64,000 bases of DNA from an uncultured beta proteobacterium (GTDB taxonomy: Bacteria > Pseudomonadota > Gammaproteobacteria > Burkholderiales > Burkholderiaceae_D). Shown piece by piece: positions 1 through 12,564 of this stretch. The DNA lies in NCBI GenBank assembly GCA_963720205.1, contig OY970390.1, forward strand, positions 3,900,570-3,964,569, in the 5' to 3' direction. The notes under the pieces were generated by a model, which was given only the letters and a program-made list of their open reading frames with translations, had not been told where the DNA came from and did no database searches. The translations under genes and the position numbers were made by a program. How positions within the stretch are numbered: the stretch's first letter is position 1; each line of letters starts with the position of its first letter.

Positions 1-172
1 CGGTCGTCCGGACCGGGCGCTGACCGCGACCGGCGCCGTCCGGACAGTCCGTCATCGCGCCGCCCTTCGGAGGCGCTAGAGTCGCGCAGAGCCGGGCGAC
101 CCGTCCGCGCCGTCGCATCGTCGGGTCCGCATCCGGCCGTCGCGTCTTCCGTCCATTCGCCGCCACACTTCC

Positions 173-1345
173 ATGTCGATCAGGACCGCCGCGCTGTTCG
201 TGATTTCCGCGTGCCTCGCGGGCTGCGCGTCGACGGCGCTCGACCGCGTGGTGCTCGCGTACGACACGAGCACCGGCGACTCGGTCGCGGAGCAGCTGCT
301 CGTCAACATCGCCCGCGCGCGGCGCAACGAGCCGATGCACTTCACGACCGTGTCGAACATCGCGGCGACGTACCGCTTCGCGCTCAACGGCGGCTTCGGT
401 CCGGCGGCTGCCGGTCCGCACGGCAGCGTCGTGCCGATCTTCAACGCGGCTGCCGAAGAGAACCCCACGATCAGCATCGCGCCGATGCAGGGCGACGACT
501 ACACGCAGCGGCTGCTGACGCCGTTCCCCGAGCAGAAGCTGTCGCTGCTGCTGCGCCAGGGCTACGACATCGACGCGCTGCTGCGGCTGCTCGGCGCGGA
601 GCTGCGGCTCGACGTCGACGCCGCGCATCGCTACGTCGCGTACACGAACCGCCCGTCCGACCACGAGGGCTACGTCGTCTATCGCCGCACGATGGCGCAG
701 CTGTCGTCGATCCAGGATCGGCACGCGCTGCACGTCGAGCCGCTGTACTTCCAGCGCATCTGGACGATGCCGCTCGACGCCGTCACGCCGGAGACGTTCG
801 CGTCGATCTACAAGGACTACACGCTCGGCACCGGCGACGGCGGCAAGGCCTGGCAGGTCTCGAAGCGCATCGTCGGCCGCGTGATGATCAGCAACTACGA
901 CCCGGCGGTGCTGTCGAACGACGAGCGGCAGCGGCTGCATGCCGAGGCCGAGGAGGCGCCGGTCAACGAGATCCTGGTCGACATCCGGTCCGGCTTCGCC
1001 GGCGGCGAGATTCCGATGCACGGCACGCTCGCGCTGCGCAGCTTCCACGAGGTCCTCAACTTCATCGGTCGCGGCGTCGCCGAGGAGCCCGAATTCGACG
1101 TGCCGCCCGACCCGCGGACGCCGCCGATCACCGACAACCCGGTCAGCGCGCTGGCGATCGCCGAGTCGCCCGATGCGCCGACCGGCGCCGACTACGCGGT
1201 CGTGTGGCGCGGCTCGTGGTACGCGGTCGCGCCGGACACCGGCTACGCGTGGAACCGCAAGGCGTTCGCGCTGCTGTTCCAGCTGTTCCAGATGAGCATG
1301 GCGACCGGGCAGGGCACCGGGCCGGCCATCACGATCGCGAAGTAG
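173..1345 (+). CDS. Hypothetical lipoprotein (390 aa)
   Basis: Intact ORF with host-like codon usage; signal peptide with lipobox LAG-C; no recognisable catalytic motif. Confidence 0.7.
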   Translation: MSIRTAALFVISACLAGCASTALDRVVLAYDTSTGDSVAEQLLVNIARARRNEPMHFTTVSNIAATYRFALNGGFGPAAAGPHGSVVPIFNAAAEENPTISIAPMQGDDYTQRLLTPFPEQKLSLLLRQGYDIDALLRLLGAELRLDVDAAHRYVAYTNRPSDHEGYVVYRRTMAQLSSIQDRHALHVEPLYFQRIWTMPLDAVTPETFASIYKDYTLGTGDGGKAWQVSKRIVGRVMISNYDPAVLSNDERQRLHAEAEEAPVNEILVDIRSGFAGGEIPMHGTLALRSFHEVLNFIGRGVAEEPEFDVPPDPRTPPITDNPVSALAIAESPDAPTGADYAVVWRGSWYAVAPDTGYAWNRKAFALLFQLFQMSMATGQGTGPAITIAK

Positions 1346-1374
1346 CGGCCGCTGTTCCGCGAAAGCGCGTCGCG

Positions 1375-1380
1375 TACAAT
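1375..1380 (+). promoter_or_regulatory. Putative sigma70 -10 element (TACAAT) for prfB
   Basis: AT-rich TACAAT 30 nt upstream of the prfB ATG in a GC-rich background. Confidence 0.45.
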
Positions 1381-1409
1381 CGCGGCCCCCGCAGACCGGA
1401 CTTCGCGCC

Positions 1410-2514
1410 ATGGATGCCGAACGCCTGAACCAGATCGAAGCCACCATCGCCGACCTGCGCGCCCGCGCAGGCGAAGCGCGGAGGTATCTTTGACTTCGAT
1501 GCCAAGGCGAACCGGCTGAACGAGGTCAATCGCGCGCTCGAGGATCCGAAGGTCTGGGACGACGCGAAGCGCGCGCAGGAGCTCGGCCGCGAGAAGAAGT
1601 CGCTCGAGGACGTCGTCGCGACGCTGACGAAGCTCGATGGCGATCTCGCCGATGGCGCCGACCTGTTCGGGATGGCGAAGGACGAAGGCGACGACGCGAC
1701 GCTCGTGTCGATCGAAGCGCGACATCGACGCGGCGAAGAAGGTCGTCGAGGCGATGGAGTTCCGTCGCATGTTCTCCAACGAGGCCGACGCGTTCAACTG
1801 CTTCCTCGACATCCAGGCCGGCGCCGGCGGCACCGAGGCGCAGGACTGGGCGCAGATGCTCGAGCGCCAGTACCTGAAGTACGCGAGCGCAAGGGCTTCA
1901 AGGCCGAGCTGCTCGAGGAATCCGAAGGCGAGACGGCCGGCATCAAGAGCGCGACGATCAAGATCGAGGGCGACTACGCGTACGGCTTCCTGCGCACCGA
2001 GACCGGCGTGCATCGGCTCGTCCGCAAGAGCCCGTTCGACTCGTCGGGCGGCCGGCACACGTCGTTCGCGAGCGTGTTCGTCTATCCCGAGGTCGACGAC
2101 TCGATCGAGGTCGAGATCAATCCGGCCGACCTGCGCATCGACACGTTCCGCGCGTCGGGCGCCGGCGGCCAGCACATCAACAAGACCGACTCGGCGATCC
2201 GCATCACGCACCTGCCGACCGGCATCGTCGTGCAGTGCCAGAACGATCGCAGCCAGCACCGCAACCGCGCCGAGGCGATGGCGATGCTGAAGTCGCGGCT
2301 CTACGAGGCCGAGCTGCGCAAGCGCCAGGCCGAGCAGGACAAGCTCGAGGCGTCGAAGACCGACGTCGGCTGGGGCCACCAGATCCGCTCGTACGTGCTC
2401 GACCAGTCGCGCATCAAGGACCTGCGGACGAACGTCGAGATCAGCAACACGCAGAAGGTGCTCGACGGCGATCTCGATCCGTTCATCGAGGCGAGCCTGA
2501 AGCAGGGGGTATGA
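1410..2514 (+). CDS. prfB: Peptide chain release factor 2 (programmed +1 frameshift, plus two compensating apparent indels near 1715 and 1885)
   Basis: [10 protein letters not shown] start; CTT-TGA-C slip site; [14 protein letters not shown] and [13 protein letters not shown] motifs; WGHQIRSYV. Confidence 0.97.
1480..1494 (+). promoter_or_regulatory. RF2 programmed +1 frameshift site
   Basis: GGAGG internal SD-like sequence, then TAT CTT TGA C (CTT 1488-1490, TGA 1491-1493). Confidence 0.95.
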
Positions 2515-2524
2515 GCCGCGCGAC

Positions 2525-2610
2525 CGTCATCGCTCGCCACGGCGGCGAAGGCCGGATCCGCGAGACGTTCTCGTACCGCAAATGGGTCCCGGCCTTCGCC
2601 GGGACGACGA
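2525..2610. repeat. REP-like palindromic element, copy 1 (degenerate left arm)
   Basis: Right arm GGGTCCCGGCCTTCGCCGGGACGACGA (2584-2610) is identical to 27194-27220; left arm retains CGTCAT and GGCGAAGGCCGG. Confidence 0.8.
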
Positions 2611-2618
2611 GGTAAGGG

Positions 2619-3050
2619 ATGACCATCGCCATCCGGTCCGTCGACGAGCGCGAGCACGATCCCGCGCGGCGGCTGCTGCTCGCGAACGGCTGGACCGGCC
2701 GACGCTTCGAGCCCGGGCCGTTCGCCGCGATGATCGCCGGCTCCCACGAGGCGCTCGTCGCGGTCGACGGCGAGGTCGTCGTCGGCTTCGCGCGGTCCGT
2801 CAGCGACGGCGTGTCGAACGGCTATCTCTGCACGCTGGTCGTCGCCGAGTCGCATCGCGGCCGCGGCATCGCGCGGGCGCTGGTCGCGGCCGCGATGGGC
2901 GACGATCCGGACATGACGTGGGTCCTGCGCGCCGAGCGACCGGGCCTGTTCGCGTTCTACGAGAAGCTCGGCTTCCGTCGCTCGCAGGTGACGATGGAGC
3001 GCGTCCGGTCGTCGCCGGTCGCGCCGGCCGAAGGCCTGGAGGTTCGATGA
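2619..3050 (+). CDS. GNAT family N-acetyltransferase
   Basis: [16 protein letters not shown] acetyl-CoA motif A; FYEKLGF motif. Confidence 0.9.
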   Translation: MTIAIRSVDEREHDPARRLLLANGWTGRRFEPGPFAAMIAGSHEALVAVDGEVVVGFARSVSDGVSNGYLCTLVVAESHRGRGIARALVAAAMGDDPDMTWVLRAERPGLFAFYEKLGFRRSQVTMERVRSSPVAPAEGLEVR

Positions 3051-3493
3051 CGACCACCGTTGCATCCGCAGAAGTGCGAGTCGACGCGTCGACCGACGCG
3101 CCAGCCCGTTCGCCGACCGTCCCGCCCGTCTGCGGCGCGATCAACCTCGCGTCGAAGCTCGCCCTGTTCACCGAACACTGGCGACCGAAGGTCATCGCCG
3201 AGCTGAACGACTATCAGATCAAGCTCGTGAAGATCGACGGCGCGTTCGTCTGGCATCGCCACGACGACACCGACGAGCTGTTCCTCGTCGTCGACGGCGC
3301 GATGTCGATCGAGTTGCGCGACCGGCGCGTCGATCTCGTCAGCGGCGAACTGTTCGTCGTGCCGAAGGGCGTCGAGCATCGGCCGTTCGCTGCGAGCGAA
3401 TGCCGGGTGATGCTGATCGAGCCGCGTGGCGTCGTGAACACCGGCGACGCCGGGCGCGACGCGATGACCGCACCGGCGGACGCGTGGATCTGA
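3047..3493 (+). CDS. Cupin domain protein
   Basis: [13 protein letters not shown] and VPKGVEHRP cupin motifs; ATGA overlap with the GNAT stop; true start may be further downstream. Confidence 0.85.
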   Translation: MTTTVASAEVRVDASTDAPARSPTVPPVCGAINLASKLALFTEHWRPKVIAELNDYQIKLVKIDGAFVWHRHDDTDELFLVVDGAMSIELRDRRVDLVSGELFVVPKGVEHRPFAASECRVMLIEPRGVVNTGDAGRDAMTAPADAWI

Positions 3494-3581
3494 GGCGGCG
3501 TCGCGCGCGGGTCCGGTCGGCGGACGCGGCCGGCTCGGTCGACCATCCGCCGTCGAGCCCGTGGAACGCGGAACCGCCGCG

Positions 3582-4058
3582 ATGAGCCGCGGCGGATGGC
3601 GGCGGCTGCTGAAGGCGCTGCACGAGATCTCGGCGATCGGCGTCGGCGGCGGTCTCGTGTCCTGCCTGACGATCAACCTGACCGCGTCGCGCGCGTCGGC
3701 CGCCGACTTCGCGGTCGCGCGCCAGGCGATCGCGGCGATCGCGCGCTACGTCCTCGTGCCGTCGCTGGCGCTCGTGCTGTTGAGCGGACTGCTCGCGATC
3801 GCCGTCACGCGCGGCTTCCACGACGCCGGCTGGGCCTGGGCGAAGGCGCTGCTCGGACTCAGCGTGTTCGAGGCGACGCTCGTCACCGTCGGCGCGACCC
3901 GCGACCAGGCCGAGCTCGCGGCGACGGCCGCCGACCCGACGCTGCTCGTCGCGCTGCTGCATTCGGAGCGCAACACGCTGTGGCTGCTGATCGGGCTCTC
4001 CGTCGCGAACGTCGTGCTGGCCGTGTGGCGGCCGAAGCTGTCGATCACGGTGCGCTGA
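3582..4058 (+). CDS. Membrane protein, DUF2269-like
   Basis: Four hydrophobic segments; LKALH N-terminus and VWRP C-terminal motif. Confidence 0.65.
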   Translation: MSRGGWRRLLKALHEISAIGVGGGLVSCLTINLTASRASAADFAVARQAIAAIARYVLVPSLALVLLSGLLAIAVTRGFHDAGWAWAKALLGLSVFEATLVTVGATRDQAELAATAADPTLLVALLHSERNTLWLLIGLSVANVVLAVWRPKLSITVR

Positions 4059-4297
4059 AGACGACGGTCGAAGGCCGCTCGCGGTCGGCGATCCGGTGAC
4101 CGGCCGCCGCGGCGCGGCCGGCGGTCCGCCGAATCGGTCGTGCCCGCGACCGCGATCGACGATTCGCTATGATCGGCGCCCCGGACGGACGCCGTCGCAC
4201 GAACCGCGCGAGGTCGTCGTCGCGATTCGTCGCCACGATTGCCGTCGCATTCGCCGCGGCGGCGTCACCGCCGTCAACCCGCAGGAGCATCGCCCGC

Positions 4298-5056
4298 ATG
4301 GAAGTCGTCGTCGTCACCGGTGCGTCGAAAGGTCTCGGCGCCGCGCTCGTCGAGCAGCTGCTGTCGCCGGACCGCCGCGTCGTCGGCATCGCGCGTTCGT
4401 CGAACGACGCGCTGGCCGAGGCCGCACGCACCCGCGGCGCGTGGCTCGACTGGTACCTGCAGGACCTGTCCGACACGGTCGCCACCGACGCGCTCGCGCG
4501 CTCGATCATGGACGGCATGCCGCGCGACGCGAGCCGCTACGTGCTCGTCAACAACGCGGCGCTCGCCGAGCCGGTCGGTCCGATCGCGACGCTCGACCCG
4601 GCCGTCGTCGTCCGTGCGATCGACGCGAACCTGACCGCGACGATGATCCTGACGACGCGTTTCCTCGCGGCGACCGCGACGCTCGACGCCGATCGTCGCG
4701 TGCTGAACATCTCGTCGGGCCTCGGCCGACGGCCGATGGACGGCACGGCGACGTACTGCGTGAGCAAGGCCGGCATGGACATGTTCACCCGCTGCATCAA
4801 CGCCGAACCGGACGACCCGTCGCGCGCGAAGCGCAAGGCTCGCGCGGTGTCGCTCGCGCCGGGCGTCGTCGATACCGGCATGCAGGTCTTCATGCGCGGG
4901 CAGGATCCGGGCACGTTCCCCGAAGGTCGCTACTTCGCCGACATGAAGCGCGACGGCAAGCTCGCCTCGCCGGCCGAGGTCGCGGCGAAGATCGTGCGCT
5001 ACCTCGACCGCGACGATTTCGGCGCGACCGAGATCGACGACATCCGCAACGCGTGA
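4298..5056 (+). CDS. Short-chain dehydrogenase/reductase (benzil/sepiapterin reductase-like)
   Basis: [24 protein letters not shown] and PGVVDTGM motifs. Confidence 0.9.
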   Translation: MEVVVVTGASKGLGAALVEQLLSPDRRVVGIARSSNDALAEAARTRGAWLDWYLQDLSDTVATDALARSIMDGMPRDASRYVLVNNAALAEPVGPIATLDPAVVVRAIDANLTATMILTTRFLAATATLDADRRVLNISSGLGRRPMDGTATYCVSKAGMDMFTRCINAEPDDPSRAKRKARAVSLAPGVVDTGMQVFMRGQDPGTFPEGRYFADMKRDGKLASPAEVAAKIVRYLDRDDFGATEIDDIRNA

Positions 5057-5099
5057 CGCGCCGTCCGGCGCGTCGCATCCGCTTTCCATCGACCTCCGC

Positions 5100-6644
<1,545 letters not shown>

Positions 6645-6803
6645 TGCGCGGCGGCGCGTAACGCGCTCGAACGAACCGGCTTCACGTGACGCGTCGGCCG
6701 CCGTCGATCCTCCGATCGACCCTGCGCCGTCTGCGATGATGCCGAAGCGGCGCCGCGTTCGACGACGCCCGCCAGTCCGATCGAAGAAAACGGAGGAGAC
6801 CCG

Positions 6804-7217
6804 ATGAACGCAAGGACGCTTCGCACCGCCGGCTTCGGCGCCGCCCTGTTCGCGCTCGGCTACGCGACGAGCCTCGTCGCGCAGACCTACGGCGATTCGC
6901 CGCAACGCGTCGAGGTCCGACGCGCCGATCTCGGCGGGTCGACGAACATGGAGGTCATCGAATCGACGGCCGAGTACAAGAAGGGCGACGAGGTCGCGTC
7001 GCACTTCCATCACGGCATCGAGGCCGCGTACGTGGTGCAGGGCTCGATGATCCAGGTGCCCGGCAAGGATCCGGTGATGCAGCCGACCGGCACCGTGCTG
7101 CTGAACCTGCGCGACGCGCGGCACGGCGGCTATTCGGTCGTCGGTGACACCCCGTTGAAGCTGTTCACGGTCCACATCGTCGACAAGGGCGCGCCGTTGT
7201 ACGACTACTCGAAGTAG
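6804..7217 (+). CDS. Secreted/periplasmic cupin domain protein
   Basis: GGAG RBS; signal peptide; HFHHGIE cupin motif; IVDKGAPL tail. Confidence 0.8.
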   Translation: MNARTLRTAGFGAALFALGYATSLVAQTYGDSPQRVEVRRADLGGSTNMEVIESTAEYKKGDEVASHFHHGIEAAYVVQGSMIQVPGKDPVMQPTGTVLLNLRDARHGGYSVVGDTPLKLFTVHIVDKGAPLYDYSK

Positions 7218-7277
7218 CGTCGCTCGCGTCGTGCTGAGCGCCGGCCGACGACGCGATCCCGCCGCGATCGCATCCCG

Positions 7278-8340
7278 ATGGCCGACGCCGACGTCCTGAT
7301 CGTCGGCGGCGGGATCGCGGGCCGGTGCGCGGCCTGGTTCGCGTCGCGCGCGCGGTCGCGACGTCACGCTCGTCGACGACGGCGCCCACCGCGCGAGCGA
7401 CCTGCCGGTCGCGCTCGTCAATCCGCTGCGCGGAAGGCACGGTCGGCTCGTCCCGCGCGGCGTCGACGGCATGCACGCGACGTTCGCGCTCGTCGACGCG
7501 CTGCGTCGCGACGGCCACGCGATCGCCGCCGGGCGCGGGCTGCATCGACCGCTCGTCGGACGGCGCGACGACGGCGCGACCGAGGCGTACTGGCGGGCGA
7601 CGATCGGGCCGCAGCTCGCGTTCGACTGGCACGCCACCGCGCCGGCGTCGCTCGGGCTCGCCGAACCGGCGCCGTCGCTGTGGCTGCGCGACGCCGGGTG
7701 GCTCGACCCTCGCGGGCTGCTGGACGCGCTCGACGCCGGCTGCGACGTGACGCGCATCGACGGCCGCGTCGTCGACGTCGACGCCGGCGGCGCGCGACTC
7801 GCAGACGGCACGACGATCCGCGCGCGCGACGTGCTGTGGTGCGGCGGCGCGTGGGGCGCCGCGCTGCTCGACGACGCGGTCGAACGCGATCTCCGGGACG
7901 AGGCCGGACCCGACGTCGATCGCGACGTCGATCGCGACGCCGACCGCGACGTCGACCGCGGCGTCGACGCCGACGGCCGCTACGAGCCCGGCGCGCTGCT
8001 CCACGCCGCCGCGTCGCCGGCGCGCGCCGCCCTGACGTTCGGCGTCTACGCGGTGCCGTGGGACGGCGGGACGATCGTCGGTCCGACGCGCGACGACGCC
8101 GGACCGCGCTTCGTCGACCGGCCGCCGACGGACGAAGCCGTCCGGCATCTGGCGGATCGCCTCGCGCGGGTCCATGGCGTCACCATCGCGCTCACGCCCG
8201 CATGGCACGGCGTGCGGCTCGCGCGGCTGTCGTCGAAGGCGACGCGAGCGCTGGCCGGCGTCGCGACGCTGACCGCGCTCGGCTCGCGCGGCTTCCTCGC
8301 GGCGCCGCTCCTCGCGGCCGAATGGGCGCGCTCGCTATGA
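7278..8340 (+). CDS. FAD-dependent oxidoreductase, DAO/MnmC-like (apparent indel near 7350-7365)
   Basis: DVLIVGGGIAG Rossmann start; continues in the 7471 frame through IVGPT, WHGVR and LGSRGFLAAPLLA. Confidence 0.75.
7912..7971 (+). repeat. In-frame 12-bp tandem repeat x5 (DVDR-like units)
   Basis: gacgtcgatcgc gacgtcgatcgc gacgccgaccgc gacgtcgaccgc ggcgtcgacgcc. Confidence 0.8.
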
Positions 8341-8395
8341 TGGCCGCGCGCCGCTCCCGCATCGTCGTCGGCGCCACCTCCAACGAAAGGGATCC

Positions 8396-11300
8396 GTGAC
8401 CTCGAGCCTCGCCCGCAAGCCCGTTTTCTGGATCGGCGTGCTCGTCGCCTCGGCGCTGTGCCTGTTCGCGGTGCTGCGCTGGTTCGGCGACGCGTTCCCG
8501 GTGCTCGACCTGAACGTGACGATGTCGCGCGCGGCGGCGATCGACGACGCGAAGCGGCTGACCGCCGCGCGTCACCTCACGACGGCCGAGCTGACGCAGT
8601 CGGCCGCGAGCTTCGACGGCAACGCCGGCGCGCAGACGTTCATCGAGCTCGAAGGCGGCGGCAAGCCGGCGCTGAAGCCGTTCATCGGCACCGGCGTCGC
8701 CGGCTTCGACGACGAGTTCGGCCTCTATCGCTGGCGCGTGCGGCTGTTCTCGCCGGGCGTCGAGCGCGAGGTGCAGGTCGCGTTCACGCCGGCCGGCCGG
8801 CCGATCGGCTTCTTCAGCAAGGTGCCCGAGGCCGAGCCCGGCGCGGCGCTGTCGGCGGACGACGCGCGGACCATCGCGACGACGACCGCGGCGCGCGACT
8901 GGGGCGTCGACTTCGCGCGCTACCGGCCGCTGACCGCGTCGGCGCAGACGCAGCCCGGCAAGCGCGTCGACCACGAGTTCGTCTACGAGCGGCGGCTCGA
9001 GACCGCACCGTCGATCGGCACCGGCCGGCTGCGGCTGCGGCTCGTCGTCGCCGGCGATCGCCTCGTGCAGCTGCAGCGCTTCATCTACGTGCCGGAGGCC
9101 TTCGCGCGACGCTACCAGACGATGCGTTCGTCGAACGACAACATCGCGGCGGCCGCGAGCATCGTCGCCGGCATCGTCTACGGCCTCGGCGGCTGCCTCG
9201 TCGGCCTGATCTGGCTGATGCGCCGGCATGCGGTGCGCTGGGCGCCGTCGTCGAAGTGGGCCGCGGTCGTCGCGCTGTTCATCACCGGCGCGGCGCTGGC
9301 GGCCGTCGCGGACAGCTGGCTCGGCTACGACACCGCGACGTCGGCCGCGACGCATCGCATCACCGGCATCGTCGGTGCGCTCGTCGGCGGCGTCGTCACG
9401 TGGCTGCTGCTGACGGTCGTCTTCGCGACGGCCGAAGGCCTCGGCCGCCTCGCGTTCGGCGACCATCCGCAGCTGTGGCGCGTGTGGCGCCTGCCGGCCG
9501 CCTCGTCGCGCGCGGTGTGGGGCCGCACCCTCGCGGGCTACGCGTGGATCGGCTTCGACCTCGCGTTCATCGCGACCTTCTACTTCGTCGTCCAGCGCTA
9601 CCTCGGCTGGTGGTCGCCGTCCGACTCGCTCGTCGATCCGAACATCCTCGGCAAGCCGCTGCCGTGGCTCGGGCCGGTGTCGATGGCGCTGCAGGCCGGG
9701 ATGATGGAGGAGTCGCTGTTCCGCGCGGTGCCGCTCGCGGGCGCGGCGCTGCTCGGTCGCCGCTTCGGCCACGAGAAGGCGTTCATCGTCGTCGCGCTGG
9801 TGCTGCAGGCGATCGTGTTCGGCTGCGCGCACGCGAACTATCCGGGACAGCCGGCGTACGCGCGGCCGGTCGAGCTGTTCGTGCCGTCGCTCGTGTGGGG
9901 GCTCGTCTACCTGCGCTTCGGGCTCGTGCCCGGCATGCTGTTCCACTTCGGCTTCGACCTCGTGCTGATGTCGATCCCGCTGTTCGTCACCGACGCGCCC
10001 GGCATCGTCGTCGATCGCGCGATCGTCATCGGCATCCTGGCCGTGCCGTTGATCGTGCTCGTCGTCCAGCGGCTCCGCGCGGGTCGGCTCGTCGACCTGC
10101 CGGACAGCGAACGCAACGCCGCCGCGACCGTCGCGCCGACCGCCGACCGCGCGACGCAGGACGCGGTCGTCGACGTCGGTCGCCGACGCCGCGGCCGCGC
10201 CGTCGCCGCGGCTACGAACCGGCGCACGCATCGGCCGCCGCGAGGCGCTGCCGTGGATCGTGCTCGCCGTCGTGGGCCTCGTCGGCCTGGTGCTGCGCCC
10301 GGCGACGCCGTCCGACACGCCCGGGCTCGCGATCGACCGCGACCAGGCGGTCGCGATCGCGAACCACGCGCTCGCGGTGCGCGGCGTGACGCTCGACGCG
10401 AACTGGCGGCAGTCGGCGAAGGTCGTCGCGGTCAGCGACCCGGCCGGCGCGCGCTTCGCGTGGCGCGAGGGCGGCGCGGCGCTGTACGGCCGCCTGATCG
10501 GCCGCTGGCTGCCGCCGCCGCACTGGGAGGTGCGCTACGCGCGCTTCGACGGCGACGTCGCGACGCGCGAGACGTGGCGGGTCGTCGTCGTCGACGAGCG
10601 ACCGGCGCCCGACGGCGTGCGGCTGATCGAGCACGACGTGCCCGAGTCGCGGCCCGGCAAGCGCCTGTCGGAGGCCGACGCCCGCGCGATCGCGAACGCC
10701 GCGATCGCCGACTGGGTCAAGCTGCCGGTCGCGAGCCTGCGTCCGGTCTCGGCGCACGCGTCGGAGCAACCGTCGCGCGTCGACTGGACGTTCGTCTATG
10801 CCGATCCGTCGGTCGCGCTGCCGGCCGGCGGCGAGGCGCGCGTCGTCGCGGCGCTCGCCGGAGACGAGGTCGCGGTCGTCGGCCGGTCGGTGTTCGTGCC
10901 CGACGCATGGGAGCGCGCCGAGCGCGAGCGCGACGCGCTGCTGCGACTGCCGCGCATCGCGCTCGCGATCGTCGGCCTCGCGTTCGCCGTCGCGCTGATC
11001 GTCACGATCGTCAAGCGGCTCGCGCGTGCCGAAGCGTCGATGCGCGGCGCGCTCGTCGCGGCGATCGCGACGGCGATCGCGGTCTCGTCCGGCATGCTGC
11101 TCGAGCTCGACGCGACGCGCTTCGGCTTCACGGTCGCCGAGCCGTACGCCGCGCAGATGCTGCGGGTCGCGATGCAGTGGACCGGCGTCGTCGCGGCCGC
11201 GGCCGTCTTCGGCGGCCTCGTCGCGGCCGTCGGCGTGCGTCTCGCGAGCCGGGTCGACGCCGCCGGTCGCCACGCGACGCGATCGGCGCGCCGCTGGCTG

Positions 11301-11889
11301 CCCGCGGCCGCGCTCGCGCTCGTCGTCGCCGGCGCGTCGGGCTACGCGCGGCTGTTCGGCGACGGCGTCGATGCCGCGCGTGCCCGCCGTCGGCGCGGCC
11401 GACGCGTCGTCGCCGGCGCTGCTCGGGTTCAGCGGCCAGCTGTCGTTCGCCGTGACCGCGTCGCTCGCGCTCGTCGTGCTCACGATGCTGTCGTCGCGAC
11501 GGCGCTCGACCGAAGTCCTGGTCGCCGTCGGCATCGTCGCGTTCGCGATGCTCGGTCGTGCGTCGGCGACCGACCCGACGATCCTCGCGGTCGTCGCGTC
11601 GGGCGTCGCCGGCGCGATCGCATGGTTCGTGTTCCGCACGCTGGTCCGCGACCGGCCGTGGATCGTCGCGCCGACGCTGTTGTGCCTCGCGCTGGTCCGG
11701 CTCGTCGTGTCGCTGCTCGAGCCGGCCTATCCCGGCGCGCGACTCGCCGACGTGGCCGCGATCGTCGGCGCATGCGTCGGCTATGCGATCTGGCGATGGA
11801 TCGTCGCGGCCGACGTGCGACGACTCGCCGCGGCGCCGCGACCGACGCCGGCCGACGTGCCGATCGCGGCCGCGGCCGACGCGCGCTAG
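8396..11889 (+). CDS. Large (~1160 aa) membrane protein with a CPBP/Abi intramembrane metalloprotease domain (apparent indels near 10190 and 11370)
   Basis: EESLFR, FGCAH and HFGFD CPBP motifs; reading runs through ORF frames 8396, 10260 and 11026; duplicated extracytoplasmic domain. Confidence 0.8.
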
Positions 11890-12425
11890 ATCGGGAACAC
11901 GAGGCAGGTCGTCGTCGCGTACGCGAGCAGCTTGCCGTCGGCGTCGGTCAGCCGGCCTTCGGCCACGGCCGTCTGGCGGCCGACCGAGATCGTGCGGCCC
12001 TCGGCGCGGACCGGACCGGTGCGGTCGGTCATCGCGCGGATGTAGTTGACCTTCAGCTCGAGCGTCGTGTAGCCGGTCCCGGCCGGCAGCATCGTGTGGA
12101 CCGCGCAGCCGACGCACGAGTCGAGCAGCGTCGCCGCATAGCCGCCGTGGACGATGCCGAGCGGGTTGTAGTGGTCGACGCGCGGCGTGCCCTGGAACAC
12201 GAAGCGGCCGGGCTCGAACGAGATCGCGATGAAGTCCATCAGCCGGCCGATCGGCGGCGTCGGCAGGTCGCCGCGCCGGATCGCCGCGAACATCTCCATG
12301 CCGGACATCGTCCGCAACGCCTCGCGGTCGATCACGCCGGGGCCGCCGATCGTCTCGCGGACGTGCGCCTCCTCGTCGCGCCACAGGTCGGCCTGGTTGA
12401 CGGGTGCGCCGGGACGGTCGTTCAT
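11886..12425 (-). CDS. PaaI family hotdog-fold thioesterase
   Basis: YNPLGIVHGGYAATLLDS and TTLELKVNYIR motifs. Confidence 0.92.
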   Translation of the reverse strand: MNDRPGAPVNQADLWRDEEAHVRETIGGPGVIDREALRTMSGMEMFAAIRRGDLPTPPIGRLMDFIAISFEPGRFVFQGTPRVDHYNPLGIVHGGYAATLLDSCVGCAVHTMLPAGTGYTTLELKVNYIRAMTDRTGPVRAEGRTISVGRQTAVAEGRLTDADGKLLAYATTTCLVFPI

Positions 12426-12534
12426 GCGGTTCCTTTCGTTGCCGGCACGCGGTCGCCGCGTGCGTCGTCGCGGCGTACGCGCCGCTCAGGTGCTGCTCAG
12501 GCGCAGCGTCGTCGCCACCCGTCGCGATTGCCGG

Positions 12535-12553
12535 ATAGGTGTATCTACACTAT
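12535..12553. promoter_or_regulatory. Putative MarR operator
   Basis: AT-rich inverted repeat ATAG-GTGTA-TC-TACAC-TAT between the divergent PaaI and MarR genes. Confidence 0.55.
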
Positions 12554-12564
12554 ATTTCACCGCG

